Counted from the first letter of the stretch, positions 45,541-60,080 are shown. The stretch: 64,000 bases of DNA from Phyllosticta citribraziliensis (GCF_038025025.1 NW_027117343.1:1674001-1738000); one strand, 5' to 3'. The notes: generated by a model not told the origin, from the letters alone. A program made the numbers and translations.

Positions 45541-48500
45541 TATATATATATAGGGGTCTATAAAGTAAGGTTACCTCTAGTCTTAGTAGATATTAAAGTT
45601 AGTACTAAGGGGCCCTAGTAGACCTCTAGCTACTAGTTAATAGTAAGGTATAGTTAGTATCCTTATTCTATATATATATAATATCTAAAGGTATAGCTCT
45701 AAACTACCTAAAGAGCCTAGTTTATAGTAGGTAGTATAATATCTTTATAGCTAGTTAGAGACTTAAGAGAATTTTATAGAATCTAATAGTACTAAAAAGG
45801 CCCTATTTACTATAAATAGAGTAGTCTAAAAGGATATACTAGATAGTCTACTTAGCTTCTCTATATATATAGTAGGGGGTTTTAGCTACTCTAATATAGT
45901 AGAGGTAGTTAGTAAGACTAATCTTTTCTACTTTTATCTAGATAAGATAGGAGCTAACTAGTTTTAAGAGGCCTTTATATAGTCTTAGTACTATCTTAGT
46001 AAGAAGCTTAAGATACTACTAAGTAGTCTAGCCTATATAGTCTTTTACCTATTTTTAGATCTAAGTAGCTTTTAGCTAGTTCTTAAGGCCTATCTTAAAG
46101 GATATATAGAGGATTTTTAACTTAGGGGCTAGAAAAAAAGAGGAAGTATTAGGGTCTTTTATCTAGAAACTAATAGCTTATTTAGTCCTATTATTAGCTA
46201 CCTTATTTCTATCTACCCTAGAGTAGACTAGAATCTAGTAGATTATAATATTAAGATTAAGGGCCTAGAGCTAGATAAAGGTATAGTTAGTCTAGATAAT
46301 AATATATTAGCTAGACTATTAGTATAGTTAGTTATTAGAGATAATTATAGCCTAGTTATTAGTAAAGATATAGAGGTAGTTATAGATATATAGGTTATAT
46401 ATATAGTACTTAATAGCTATCTAAGTAGCTATAAGTATCTTATAGAGTTTAGTAGTATATACTATAAAGTATATTACTAGGCTATAGTAGGCTATCTCTA
46501 CTATCTAGATCTATAGTAGGACTACTACTAATCCCCTTAGATTATAAATACTAGTACTATCTATATATACTATAAGAGCTTATATATTTTTAAGGACCTT
46601 ATTATAGGTTTTTAGAGTAGTTTTCTAATTATTAATAACTATTAGAGGTAGTTCCTACTATAAAGAGTAAAGGAATAGGAGTCTTATTTCTAAATAGTTT
46701 AGTTTTATAGGTATATACTACTAGAAGTTAAGGAGCTACTAGTATATTTATTCTAATAGACTATAAAAAGTTAACTTATTTTTAGAGTTAATATTATTAC
46801 CTTAGATTATAGTTCTAGTATAGATAAGGTCTTAGAAGGGGGGGGTAGTTCTTAGTCTAATATAGGTATCTACTACTACTATATTAAGCTAGAGTTAGAT
46901 AGGTAGGATATAGGCTTTAACTTATAGAGTATTAAAGATAGTAGTATAAAAGATACTAGTAATTACTATAAGTACTCTCTTCTATACTCTTTTAAGTACC
47001 TAGAGGGTCTATTTTAAGTATATCTAGTAGCTATATCTTAAGTAGGGGTTATACTAGGCTAATATATAAAAGAAGAAGTAGGGAAGTATAGTAGATTAGT
47101 AGAGGAGCTATAAAGAAGCTAGAAATAGTCTCTATATAGAGCTAGTAATAGCTAAGAGAGTACTAACTTAAGCTACTATCTTAGCCTCTATTTTCTTTAT
47201 ATAGTACTAGAAGAGTAGTCTAGAGTTAAGTTCTACTCTTAGTAGCTAGTAATATTTAACTAAAGTAATAGTAACTCCTCCTACTATAATTATAGTATCT
47301 ATTTTAGCTATAGGAGGGGCGGCCTTTAGTAGAGAGTATTCTAAGATATAGTAAAAGTAAATAAGTTTATATTTACTAGGTTTAAAAGTAGTACTATAGT
47401 AGCTAGTCTACTCTTCTATCTAGTAGTATTTCCTCTCTAGTAGGTAGTAATTAGTCTTAATATCTAGGCCTATAGTAAGAGTATTAGTATTATTAATATA
47501 GCCTACTATTTAGTAGGCTTAGTTCTAGAGGTTAAAGAGGTCTACTATATAGAAGAGGAAGAGGATAGGGCTAAGTAAGAACTCTTATAAAATCTCTACT
47601 TATCCTATAGTTATAAGGTCTATCTAGATTTTATTTATATAGAGGCTTATAGTCTAGTCTATAAAGAAGCTCTAGATCTAATTAACTACTAAAAGTAGGA
47701 GTTACCTTTTATAGAGGTTATATAGTAGGTAGTTATAGATAATATTATTAAAAATACCCTTAAGATTAAGTATAAGTAGAGTAATAATCTAGGTATTAGT
47801 AGTCTTCTATACTATATAGATTATTTCTATTATATAGTATATAGTATTTTCTACCCCTTACTATTAGTAGCTACTAATAATAGCCCTTAAGAGGAGGGAG
47901 TAGATTTTAATCTTATAGCTAATCTAGTAAATAAGAACCTTATTAAGTACCTTTTCTAGTATATTAAGGAGGGCTATTAGTTAGTATATCTTTACTACTT
48001 AGTAGTCCCTCTTTTTTAGTTTTTAGAGGATAACTATTATAGATACTTTAAAATATTAGGAATAGTAGGACTTCTATAGGCTAGTATTAAAAAGCTAGAC
48101 TAGTATATTAAGGAGGGGTTCTACTATAATAGTAAGGATATAAAAGAGGAGACTATTAAGACCTAGAGTCTTATCTAGATAACTAGACTAGATAGTCTAG
48201 TAAACTTTATAGGGTATAATAGGGTAGAAAGATAGGGGGTTAGAGTAGTAGTAACTAATAATATTATTAAGTTATACTAGTAGTAGGTCTATAAAGAAGC
48301 TATTATATAGTATAGTAGCTTTTTCTATAGGAGATATAGTAAAGGTACTATCTAGATAGTAAAGTAGAAAAGTAAAGGAAGAGACTAGTATCTCTCTATT
48401 TCTAGTCTACTTTATCTACTAAAAGAGCTATATTATATCCCTAGAGGTCTCTTCTATTTTTAACTAAAAAGCCTAGTAGGTAGTATAGTTAATAAGATAT

Positions 48501-49950
48501 AATTTAAAGTTATAGGTATACTTATATACCTTTTAGTCTTCTAGAGACTAGATTTATTTAAACTAGTAGTAGAGCTAGTAGTAGTAGAGTTAGACTTTTT
48601 TATAGGCTAGTATAAAGCTAGGTACTATATAGAGGGAAGGTATTATTATAGATATAGTTTTTTAGATACTATTAGTAAGAAGATTAATAATAGCTCTAGT
48701 AGTAATATTAATACTATTAGGGGTAGGGTAGTAGTTCTAGTAGAACTTATAATAGATAAAAGAGAATCCTATATATACTAGAAATATAAACTATTTAATA
48801 TCTATCTTCTTCTACTAAAAGTAAGGGGTCTTCTCTATACTATCTATAAATAGTATAAGAGTAGTACTAATAGGGAAATAGTTAGAGTTATAGTCCTTTA
48901 GGCTATTATAGTTAGTAGAGCCTACTATATAGCTAATTAGATAGTCTAAGATATATAGAGTAGCTATAATTAGATCTATAGTTATAGACTAGAAGTAGGC
49001 CCTAGCCTTATAAGTAGATATATCTAGGGGTAGAAGAAAGAAGAGATAGTATTAGTCTATAATATAAAGAAGTATTTAAATAGTAGTATCTAGGTTTTTA
49101 ACTTCTATCCCTCTCTAAATAGAGTAGTAGAGGTTAAAGTTACTAAGAACTATATAATTCTCTTTAAAATATTAGAAGAGGGTAAGTTCTAGATATAAAA
49201 AAATACTAGAGTTATTACTATTAATAGTTAGATTATAGATATTATAGATATAGACTATCTAAGGCCTAGTATCTAAGTAGTAGTTAAAATAAAAAGTAAT
49301 AATATTTCTCTCTAGCTTCTCTACCCTTTATACCCTAAGTAGGAGGTACTTAGTAATAAAGAAGTAGATCTAAATAGAAGAGTTAATAGAAGTAGGGCTA
49401 AAAAATAGGTAGAAGTACTATTTTACTAGATAGTATATAGTATACTTAAAACTATAGGTATTAACCTATAGTTCTTAGATAGTAATAATATCCTATATAA
49501 TAGTATCTAGGTTTTAAAGAAAGGGGGCTATAACTCTATCCTTTAATTTATTAGTATTATACTAGATTAGATATAGGACTTTATATTCTAATATTTAAAG
49601 ATACTAGATAGTAGCTAGGTATTTAATCTAAGTATATATTAGGTTAACTCTATACTAGATAAATCTATTATAGATTTAGAGGATTCTTTATCTCTCTTAA
49701 GGGCTAGTAGAGAAGGGAGGGCTATAAGTAAAAGAGCCTTAAAAGCTAGAACTAGAAGATATAAGACTATAACTCTAGAATTAGTATCCTTTATAGCTAA
49801 TAGAATTTATAGGGGTAGAGATATATTTCTATAGTACTTAAGTAGATATCTAGTAGTACTATTAAAAATAGCTACTCTATACTACTTCTATAGGGCCCTA
49901 ACTATTAGCTCTAATTAATTACTACCCTATAAGTAATTTATATTTAAACC
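45541..49950 (-). mobile_element. RIP-inactivated Tad-like LINE (ORF2: APE endonuclease, RT, RNase H, CCHC), probably 5'-truncated in ORF1
   Basis: De-RIPped minus-strand motifs in order: IQYNTNKSKDRVMAPFL..IAIQEPW (~49570-49465); YRPIALLNTLGKVL (~47985); LD..GAFDN..H..LLHNL (~47770); LSPILFLFY (~47570); GY(V/I)DD (~47500); VYTDG..SVYAAEL..IFTDNQA..WIPAHSGVDGNE (~46570-46200); QMRTGKIGL..C.CG..QT..HILLDC (~45940-45820). Ends approximate. Confidence 0.88.
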
Positions 49951-49962
49951 CTATACTATATA

Positions 49963-50037
49963 TTCCTTTTTTTTTTTTTCCTTTTTTCTTTTCCTTCTTT
50001 CTTTTTTCTTTTTTTCTTCTTTTAAAATATTTTCCCT

Positions 50038-50112
<75 letters not shown>

Positions 50113-50247
50113 AAAAAATAAAGAAATAAAGAAAGAAAGAAAAAAAGAAAGAAGAAAAGAAGAAAAAGAAAGAAATTAAAAAAAAAAGAAATAAAGAAAG
50201 AAAGAAATAAAGAAAGAAAAAAGGAAAGATAAAAAGAAAGAAAGAAA
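49963..50247. repeat. Polypyrimidine tract followed by (AAAG)n microsatellite/polypurine tract
   Basis: T/C-only run at 49963-50023, then perfect AAAG copies at ~50040-50112 that degenerate to 50247. Confidence 0.9.
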
Positions 50248-50842
50248 CCCTATTAAACTAATTCTACTACTCTATTATATTTCTAAGCCTACTAAATTAA
50301 GCCCTTTTTTAATCTTATTATACTTAGTAATCTCTTCCTTAGTAGGCTATATAGCCTTACCTCTAGTATAGATAGGGTCTTAATCTAGCCTATATACTAT
50401 ATAGAAGAGATATACTTTATTTAACTTATCTATAACCTAATAGCTAATAATACTATATAGGCTATTATAATAGAAGCTATATATAGGCTAATACTTACTT
50501 ATACCCTTATAAATATTATATAAGTAGATAACCTAGATAGGCTTCTTATCCTTAATACTTAAAATTAAGCTCTATATATTTTCTATATATTTCCTATTAG
50601 TTAAATTTATATCTAAATACTATAGCTTATATCCCTTATTATAATTATTATATTATAAGCCTCTAGATATAATAATAGAGAAGGCAGCCTTCCCTTTTAT
50701 AAAGTAGATACTACTTTAAGTAGACCTATAAGCTCTATCTTAAATAGTATAGAGCTAAGTTAGCTACTACTAGCTATTAATAAGATTACCCTAGCTATAG
50801 TAGGCTATACCTAACTTACCTAGGAATCTAGGCTTAATATAA

Positions 50843-50992
50843 TCTATACTCCTATTATAGGCCTTTTATAACTTAATAATTCCCTATAAGAGTCTATACT
50901 CCTACTATAGGCCTTTTATAACTTAATAATTCCCTATAAGAGTCTATACTCCTATTATAGGGCCTTTTATAACTTAATAATTCCCTATAAGA
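50843..50992. repeat. 50-bp tandem repeat x3
   Basis: TCTATACTCC starts at 50843, 50893 and 50943. Confidence 0.9.
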
Positions 50993-51279
50993 GATTAGTA
51001 GAGAAAATCTATAAATACTAGTAGTTATATAGTTCTAAGGTATCTACTTAGATATTCTATAAGTAGTTAATACCTTTACTATACTTAGCTATAACTAGCT
51101 ATAGTAAGCTAGTATCTTTATAAAGTATCTAAGTTTTTTAGACTATAATTTTATTAACTTCTAAGAAGGCTAACTAGTATAGCTCCTTCTTAATATTATT
51201 AAATATATTAAGTTTATTCTTAGTATAGTCCCTAATAAGCCTTTTAATTTTACTAAGTTTAGTATTAATACTAGTATAG

Positions 51280-52500
51280 TAGGTTAAACTTAGATACTTA
51301 GATAATATATAGGGGGTTAGATCTATAAGTAGGAGTATAAAAGTATTCTTTAATAAGAGAGGTAGGTTAGGTAGATTAAACTTAGATACTTAGATAATAT
51401 ATAGGGGGTTAGATCTATAAGTAGGAGTATAAAAGTACTCTTTAGTAAGAGAGGTAGGTTAGGTAGGTTAAACTTAAATACTTAAATAATATATAGGGGG
51501 TTAGATCTATAAGTAGGAGTATAAAAGTATTCTTTAGTAAGAGAGGTAGATTAGGTAGGTTAAATTTAGATACTTAGATATATAGGGGGTTAGATCTATA
51601 AGTAGGAATATAAAAGTACCCTTTAATAAGAGGGCCTAGTAGCTTAGGCTTAGATATATAGGGGGTTAGATCTATAAGTAGGACTATAAAAGTACCCTTT
51701 AATAAGAGGGTCTAGTAGCTTAAGCTTAGATATATAGAGGGTTAGATCTATAAGTAGGAGTATAAAAGTATTCTTTAATAAGAGAGGTAGGTTAGGTAGA
51801 TTAAACTTAAATACTTAAATATATAGGGGGTTAGATCTATAAGTAGGAGTATAAAAGCACCTTTTAATAAGAGGGCCTAGTAGCTTAGGCTTAGATATAT
51901 AGGGGTTTAGATCTATAAGTAGAACTATAAAAGCACCCTTTAATAAGAGATATCTATAGGTTAAGCTTAGATATATAGAGGGTTAGATCTATAAGTAGGA
52001 GTATAAAAGTATTCTTTAATAAGAGAGGTAGGTTAGGTAGATTAAACTTAGATACTTAGATATATAGGGGGTTAGATCTATAAGTAGGAGTATAAAAGTA
52101 CCCTTTAATAAGAGGGCCTAGTAGCTTAAGCTTAGATATATAGGGGGTTAGATCTATAAGTAGGACTATAAAAGTACCCTTTAATAAGAGGGTCTAGTAG
52201 CTTAAGCTTAGATATATAGAGGGTTAGATCTATAAGTAGGAGTATAAAAGTATTCTTTAATAAGAGAGGTAGGTTAGGTAGATTAAACTTAGATACTTAG
52301 ATATATAGGGGGTTAGATCTATAAGTAGGAGTATAAAAGTACCCTTTAATAAGAGGGCCTAGTAGCTTAGGCTTAGATATATAGGGGTTTAGATCTATAA
52401 GTAGGACTATAAAAGCACCCTTTAATAAGAGATATCTATAGGTTAGGCTTAGATATATAGGGGGTTTTAATCTATAAGTAGGAGTATAAAAGTACTCTTT
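51280..52500. repeat. Satellite array of ~15 monomers (92/89/76 bp) with 241-bp higher-order period
   Basis: Core GATCTATAAGTAG at 51320, 51412, 51504, 51593, 51669, 51745, 51834, 51910, 51986, 52075, 52151, 52227, 52316, 52392 and (variant) ~52469. Confidence 0.92.
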
Positions 52501-52861
52501 TAGAAAATTAAGCTATATAGGGTTTTCTATTAATAGGAGTATATTCCTATTTATACTAAAGATCCTACTAAAACTAAGGACCTATCTATCTAGGCGTCTC
52601 TAGTTATACTTAAAGGGAGTAGTTACTAGATATTATTATAAAATTATTATAGTAGTATAGCCCTACCCCTTAACCTAATTAGTAGTAGTTATATACCCCT
52701 ATACTAATATCTTACCTAGGCTATATTAGTAACTATAGCTATATAGGAGATATAGCCTTATATAATCTCTTTAGTAAGAACTAGAAGTCTCTCTTTTATC
52801 TTAAATACCCTCTCCTCTAGTAGTTATAATTAAGTAGGAAATCCTAACCTTTAATCTAGTA

Positions 52862-53230
52862 TAGTAGTTATCTATTAAACTATAAGCCTATAATAGCTAC
52901 TCTATAACTATTAAAGCTAGATTACTAGCTAGTCTAATTAGTAGTACCTTATTACTATACTAAGGCATCTCTAGTTATACTTAATAGGAGTAGTTAGTAG
53001 TTATTTACTAAACTATAAGCCTATAATAGCTACTCTATAACTATTAAAGCTAGATTACTAGCTAGTCTAATTAGTAGTACCTTATTACTATACTAAGGCA
53101 TCCCTAGTTATACTTAATAGGAGTAGTTAGTAGTTATCTACTAAACTATAAGCCTATAATAGCCGCTCTATAACTATTAAAGCTAGATTACTAGCTAGTC
53201 TAGTTAGTAGTACCTTACTATTATACTAAG
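52862..53230. repeat. 133-bp tandem repeat x~2.8
   Basis: AACTATAAGCC at 52878, 53011 and 53144. Confidence 0.88.
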
Positions 53231-54019
53231 ATAGTCTACTAGATACTAATATTATCTAGTTATTAGAAATATACTTATATTAGTCTTTAGATATCTATAA
53301 GAGTAGGATTATAGAAGTACTCTTTAATAGGAAAGGGCTATAAGTATAAGTAAGATTTAATTTTTCTTCTTCTTTACCTACTAACTCTAAAATACTAAGT
53401 AATTAAGAAAATTATTTTTCTATACCTCTTAATACTAAAATACTAAAATACTAAGTAAGCTATATATTCTTATTAAATATAGTAGACTTACTAACTTAAA
53501 CCTCTAAGTATACTTTATTCTACCTATCTATATAGAGCTAAATAGCCTTATTATAGTCTACCTTCTAAATAGAGGGGTTATCTTCTAAAGAAATAATAGC
53601 CTCCTTACTATTAGTATTAGTAATAATAATATAGTAATAAAATAGAGTCTTTAGGTTAAAGTATTTTATAAGATACTTCTAATATAGGCATCTTTTACTA
53701 TACTATATACTAACTTATAATTTATAACCTTTCTAGTTATTAACCTTATTATATAGCTATTTAAAGGATAGGATATATATATTCCCTCTAATTCTATTAA
53801 GTAGACCTATATCTACCTTATAGGAGTTATCTAGAAACTACTACTAGTAACTTATAATATAGTAGGTTAATATAAATAATCCTACCTAAAATAGGAGCTC
53901 TTAATAGTAATAGATTAATAGGTCTAAGATGCCCTTATAAGTATCCCTAGTAGGTATAATAGCTAGAATTTAAAGTATTAAACCTACCTCCTTATAAATA
54001 GTTATATTATCTAGTAGGG

Positions 54020-54434
54020 AAGATGGTTTTTATAGTAGTAAGATATAATATTCTAGTAGTACCTAGTAGGCTAAGTCCTAAGGGTATTATTACTTTTAAG
54101 CCTTCTAGCCTAACTATATAGAGTATAGTAGTAGTGACTATTAAGATAATAGTAGTAGTAATATAAGAGTAGAGGATGTAGGTAAGGATAGATATAAGAT
54201 TAGAGCTAAAAATAGAGGTAAGTATAGAGATAGTTTTTATAGTAGTAAGGTATAATATTCTAGTAGTACCTAGTAGGCTAAGCCCTAAGGGTATTATTAC
54301 TTTTAAGCCTCCTAGCCTAACTATATAGGGTATAGTAGTAGTAACTATTAGAATAATAGTAGTAGTAATATAGAAGTAGAGGATATAGGTAAGGATAGAT
54401 ATAAGATTAGAGCTAAGAATAGAGATAAGTATAG
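54020..54434. repeat. 207-bp tandem duplication
   Basis: TATAGTAGTAAG..TTCTAGTAGTACCTAGTAGGCTAAG at 54031 and 54238. Confidence 0.88.
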
Positions 54435-57400
54435 TAGTTTAGACTAAGAAGTAGGAGGGAGGTTAGCTATAGTTACTAGAATAGAGTAAGCTTATTTTTA
54501 TTAGGGTCTAGGCTTATCTTATAGTAAGTCCTACCTTATATACTTATAGGTATATGTCCTAGGTAGGCCCTTATAATTAGTCTACTTTATTTAGACTATA
54601 GTAATAGTTAATAATAATAATTAATTAATAAGGAGGGTTATAGTTATAAGGTTAGTATAGTTAAGATTATAGGAAGTACTAGAAGGCTATAGTAAAGGGC
54701 TAGTATCTTACTAAGGTATAGGCCTAGTACTTAAAGCTTATAATATTTTCTTTTAATAGTAGCCTACAGCCTATATAGCTATTAGAATACTATTAGAACA
54801 TTTTACTAGATATTAATAGATAACTTAGGTAGGTGCTAATTTAATATCTTACTAATATTTATAGTATAAACTATTAATATTAATAAATACTTTCTACTCC
54901 TCTAATTTACTAATATACTATAATATTACGGTTTTAGCGCGGGTTTTACTTATTCTATTAATTATTATTTACTTATATTACTATAGCTATACCGTACTAC
55001 TATAAGGACTATTTAATTTATTTATCTACTTATTTACTTATTTTATAGGCTACTAATAATTTAACCTTATTAGGCGCCTTTATTACTTAGGTATATACCG
55101 CTACTAATAGGCTATCTATTAGTATATTATTCTAGTAAGAAGAGCCTATAAACTAGGATACCCTCTTTTACTAATACCTTTACCTAGTATATTAACTTAT
55201 ATACTATATACTAAGCTTATAAGCTAGAGCTCCTTATCTAACCTTAAGATCTACTCTATTATCTCTATTTTATATTTAAGTAAGGCCCTAGCTAATAGTA
55301 ACCTATTTAAATATAGCTAGGAGCCTATTATACCTAGTAGCTATAAGTAAGAACTATTATAAAATCTACTAGATTAATAGGAGGTATAAGAGATATAGCT
55401 ATAGTATAGAAGTAGGATATTAGGTATATTAGAGTAGATACTAAGATAACCTAGTCTAGGGTAAAGAATTTATAAGGATAAGGTAAATAAAAATACTAGG
55501 GTTTAGTTTAATACTAAGTACCTATATATAGTCCTTAATATACCTAAGTTAAGTATACTATAAGTATCTTTACTAGTAAAAGTCTATTAATAATATACCC
55601 TATCTTATATTACCCTATAAGATAAATCTACTTATTTAGACTATATAATAACTACTAGTAAGCTCTTAGATAGCTTAGTTAATATACCTTAGTACCTACT
55701 ATAGTCCCCTACTCTAGGGGTTAGGCTCTATCTAAGATAGGTATAGAGAGAACCTAGTTTCTTAGAGATTATAATACTTTAATAGGGCTAGTAAGTATAG
55801 TATTTAACTACTATCTTAGCTCTCTTTTAGTCTCTATAAATTATAGTTTATTAGCTAATACTCTTAATTCCCTACTCTTCTAATACTCTTACCTTTTATT
55901 AATTAGCTATATATTACTAATAATAATACTACTTACTAATTAATAATACTATAATAAATAATAGCTATAATATATACTTATTATTTTACTACTATAGCTA
56001 TCTAGGAGCTTACTAATACTAGTACTAGAAATATCTAGTCCTATAATAGTATTTACTTCTATAACTTCTAGTCCCTTATTATATTATTTAGCCTATAAGA
56101 GATCTACTACTACTAGTTAAAGTAGTTCCTCTAAAAGCTATAGTATATTATCTTACTTATAGAAGTAATCCTTACTCCTAATAGTAGATACTTTCTTAGC
56201 CTAATAGCTATTATAGTTTATAATACTATAAGGTATAAGTAGCTTAGGAGTAAGTATATATATATCTATATATACTTCTCCCTCTAGTCCTACTATAATA
56301 CTATAGTTATCCTTTTCTATAGCTCTAACTATACCTATATCTATAAACCCTACTATAACTACTACCTAGGAGATAATAGACTATTTAGTATCTATATAGA
56401 GATTCTAGGCCACTTTAGTAGTAGCTATATAAACTATATTATTAATAGTATCTCCTACTCTAAAGTATATCTATAGCCCTAGAACCTAGGCTATAGATAA
56501 TGCTAGTAATTCTAGCTATAAAAGTAAAAATAGTTATTCTAGAAATAAGGCTATTACCTTTTCTATTTTTATTAGTAGGACTTAGTATAGGCTTTTATAT
56601 ATTCTTTATTTTTATTTTTTTATTTTTTTCCTTTTTTTTTTCTTTTCTTATTATATATATTACCGCGGCCTTACCGCACCTCTATAAGAACTATTTAACT
56701 TATTTACTTACTTTATAGGCTACTAATAATTTAATCTTATTAGGGGCCTTTATTACTTAGAAAAGTAGATAGTATATAATAATTACTTACTAGTATAAAA
56801 ATACTAGCCTATACCCTTTACCTATAAATTAACTTATACTTTTAATCTATAATAGTAAAACTTCCTATAGTAGATTCTATATAGTATTATAGGTTATATA
56901 AGCTAGTATTTTACCTTAATAAGAGATATCTATAGCTTTATTATTAGTTAATTAATTAGTTAGTTACTTAATTATTAGGGTATATCCCTACTACCTACTA
57001 ATATTTAGCTCTAGTTTACTAATATTTAGGTCTAGCCTACTAATATTTAGGTTTAGCTAACTAGTATTTAGGCTCTAGGCCTACTAATACTTAGCTATAG
57101 CTAATAGTAACTTAATCTTAGCTAGATATAACTACCTACTAATCTCCTTAGGTATATAAGGTTACTACTATAGCTAACTTATTAACTATTCTTACCTATA
57201 AGCATACTAAATATATTATAGAAGGTCTTACTCTATAGTTATCTATATAGGCTTTATAGTAGCTAAAGGATAGTTATATATATATTATATACTAGGCCTA
57301 CTAAGCTTACTAAGCCTACTAAGGTTATATAGGGTATTAAGATTATCTTTTTAGCTATTTCTACTTACTCTTCCCTCTCTCTTCCCCTCTAACCCTACCT

Positions 57401-57782
57401 ACCTAATAAATAAGGCATCTTATATAATACTAGGTATTTAACTAGTAAGTCTATAGAGTACCTTTATAGTTTAGATAAATAATTTAACTTCTAGACTATA
57501 TAGTATTAATAAGTAATAGGAAGAAGGGTAGAGCTCTACCTCTATAATCTATACTAGTAGATAAGTCTCCTTTATATTTACTAGGTAAGATTACTTATAT
57601 AACTTATTAAAGCCTATAATCTAATAAACTATAGGATATTATTTAGAGTAGGCTAGTTAGTTTATCTTTTAAGAAGGTAAGTAAGTATAGTTATATAAGT
57701 ATATAAATATATATAGAATATAGTTATATACTTATAGTATCTTACCCTCTATAGGTAGGTAAGTAATCCCTATAATAGAGAT

Positions 57783-57813
<31 letters not shown>

Positions 57814-59364
57814 AAGAAAGAAAGGGAGAAAATACTAATATAATTCTAGAGCTTAGTAATAAATTTAATTTACTAACCCTATTAATAATTTTATATTAGG
57901 TTATAAGCTTAGGTAGTACTAGCCTATCTAAATCTTATAGCCCTATATCTCTACTAAAGAGGAAGGGTAGTAGTTATACTACTATAACTATATATATATA
58001 TAGTATAAAGTATTATTATTAGCTAGTTTTAGAATTACTAGTAACTAGTAAGGATATAGAAGGTAGATAGCCTAGCTAGATAAGTATCCTTATAGCCTAG
58101 AGTAGGATATTTATATTATACCTAGATAATTAGCCTAGTAGTAAGTTAGATAACCTATTCTATAATAGGGACTCTTACTTCTTATCTAAGATATTAGGTA
58201 AGGTCCCCTTTAATAATATCTATAACTAGGCTAACTTTACTAATATAGATAATATAAGTAAAGTCTTATATTATATTTAAGAGATAGAGCTAGAGTAAGT
58301 ATAGACTATAAATAGTAGTAAGGGCCTATTAACTATTTATTATTATAGTTATTATAGTTATATAACTAGTAGTTACTATAAATTATACCTCTATTATTAC
58401 CCTAGCTACTCTATAGTAATATTAGCTAGTAGGTATACTACTTTAAGTTATACTACTCCTATCTATATTCCTACTCCTACCCCTATATATAGTCCTCCTT
58501 CTTCTATAATTACCTATTATTAATCTAGCCTTTAATCTAACCTATAGTAGGTAATATAGCTATAGATAGTTACCTATAATAGTATTAAAAGTACTAAGGA
58601 GTATTTCTATAAGAGGTAGAGCTATATATTACCCCTAATTCTAGAGGATACCTAGAGGGTCCCTTATAATAGAGAGTATAGCTAGAGAGCTTAAATAGGT
58701 AGCTAAGTTAAGAATATTATTTAATCCTTCTATATACTAAAGCTAATATTAGGGTAGGAGACTAAAGAGAGGGTACTTAATACTAAATATAACTATATTT
58801 TAAAGTATCCTTATAGCTATACCTATATCCTTATAATATATAAAAACTAAGTATAGAACTTTATAAAAAGGGTGTCCTTTAATAGTATAGCTATACTTTA
58901 CTAGGGTAGTCTTTAGTAGAAAGTCCCTTATACCTAGTATTATAATATAGGCTCTAATAGTTACCTATTTATTAGCTACTATATTATTCCTAGCTTCTTT
59001 AAGGGCGCCTATTTAAACTACCTCTATAATAATAAGTCTAGTAAATATAATTATAGTATAGTAGAGGAGGAGTATTACTAAGAGGGTAACTATCTTTCTA
59101 CTATTTAATACTAGTATATAATACTTAACTATAGCCCTAACTCTATAGAGAAGTATCTAGCTATACTAGAGAAGATAGAAGAGGCCTCTATACTATTAGT
59201 TAGAGTTTTATAGAGAGGAGGATTAGTCTAATAGCTTTATTAATTATATAGTAGGTATACTAGTAGGAGAGGTTATCTTTACTCCTAGCTTAATCTTTAT
59301 TCTTCCTTAGATTAACCTCTATCTAATATTAAAATAGGGTATAATAGGCCTTCTTTACTTTTAG

Positions 59365-59700
59365 TCTAATCTTTCCTCTTCCTTATTACTACTTCTACCC
59401 TATACTAAGTATCTACCCTATACTAAGAAAGGGGTATAAGAGGTTATTCTTACTTCTAGTCTAACTTTTTCTCTTCCTTATTACTATTTCTACCCTATAC
59501 TAAGTATCTACTCTATACTAAGAAAGAGGTATAAGAGGTTATTCTTACTTCTAGTCTAATCTTTTTTCTTCTTTATTACTACCTCTACTCTATACTAAAC
59601 CTCTATCCTAATACTAAGAGATAAGGTATAAGAGGTTATTTTTACTCTTAATATAATCTTTTCCTCTTTCTTATTACTCCTTTTACTCTATATACCTTTT
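59365..59700. repeat. ~95-bp tandem repeat x~3.5
   Basis: YYTTATTACT at 59381, 59476, 59571 and 59669. Confidence 0.82.
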
Positions 59701-60037
59701 AACCTTTATACTCTATTAAAGACCTATCTAACTCTTAAATAAGGTTATCTTAGTTTAGTACTAGTAAGTCCCTATTCTATAGTCTAAACTTAGTATAGTA
59801 ATTAACTTTAAACTATATAGTATCTATATCTAGATCCTAGAAATGCCCTAATAAGGGTAAATAGAGAGTAGTAGATAATAAGATAACTCCTACTTACTTT
59901 ATTAAGGAAGATATCTTCCTAGTAGCTATATAACTCTATAAGTTTACCTATATAAACTAGGGTAGGCTATAATCTAACTATTTTCTATAGGCTATAAAGT
60001 CTATAAGTATAGAACCCCCTCTAGTTAGTTACTAGCC

Positions 60038-60038
<1 letters not shown>

Positions 60039-60080
<42 letters not shown>
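60039..60080. repeat. (ATT)n microsatellite
   Basis: About 14 consecutive trinucleotide units. Confidence 0.92.

Noticed and set aside
51340..52450. GGTTAG/TTAGG motifs as telomeric repeats
   Set aside because: No tandem (TTAGGG)n; these are isolated matches expected in RIPped G-rich monomers.
51280..52500. CRISPR-like appearance (constant core with variable intervening segments)
   Set aside because: The intervening segments recur periodically rather than being unique spacers, there are no cas genes, and the context is eukaryotic and RIPped.
56500..56718. 72-aa hydrophobic ORF
   Set aside because: Artefact of a T-rich RIPped tract encoding Phe/Ile/Leu; no coding signal.
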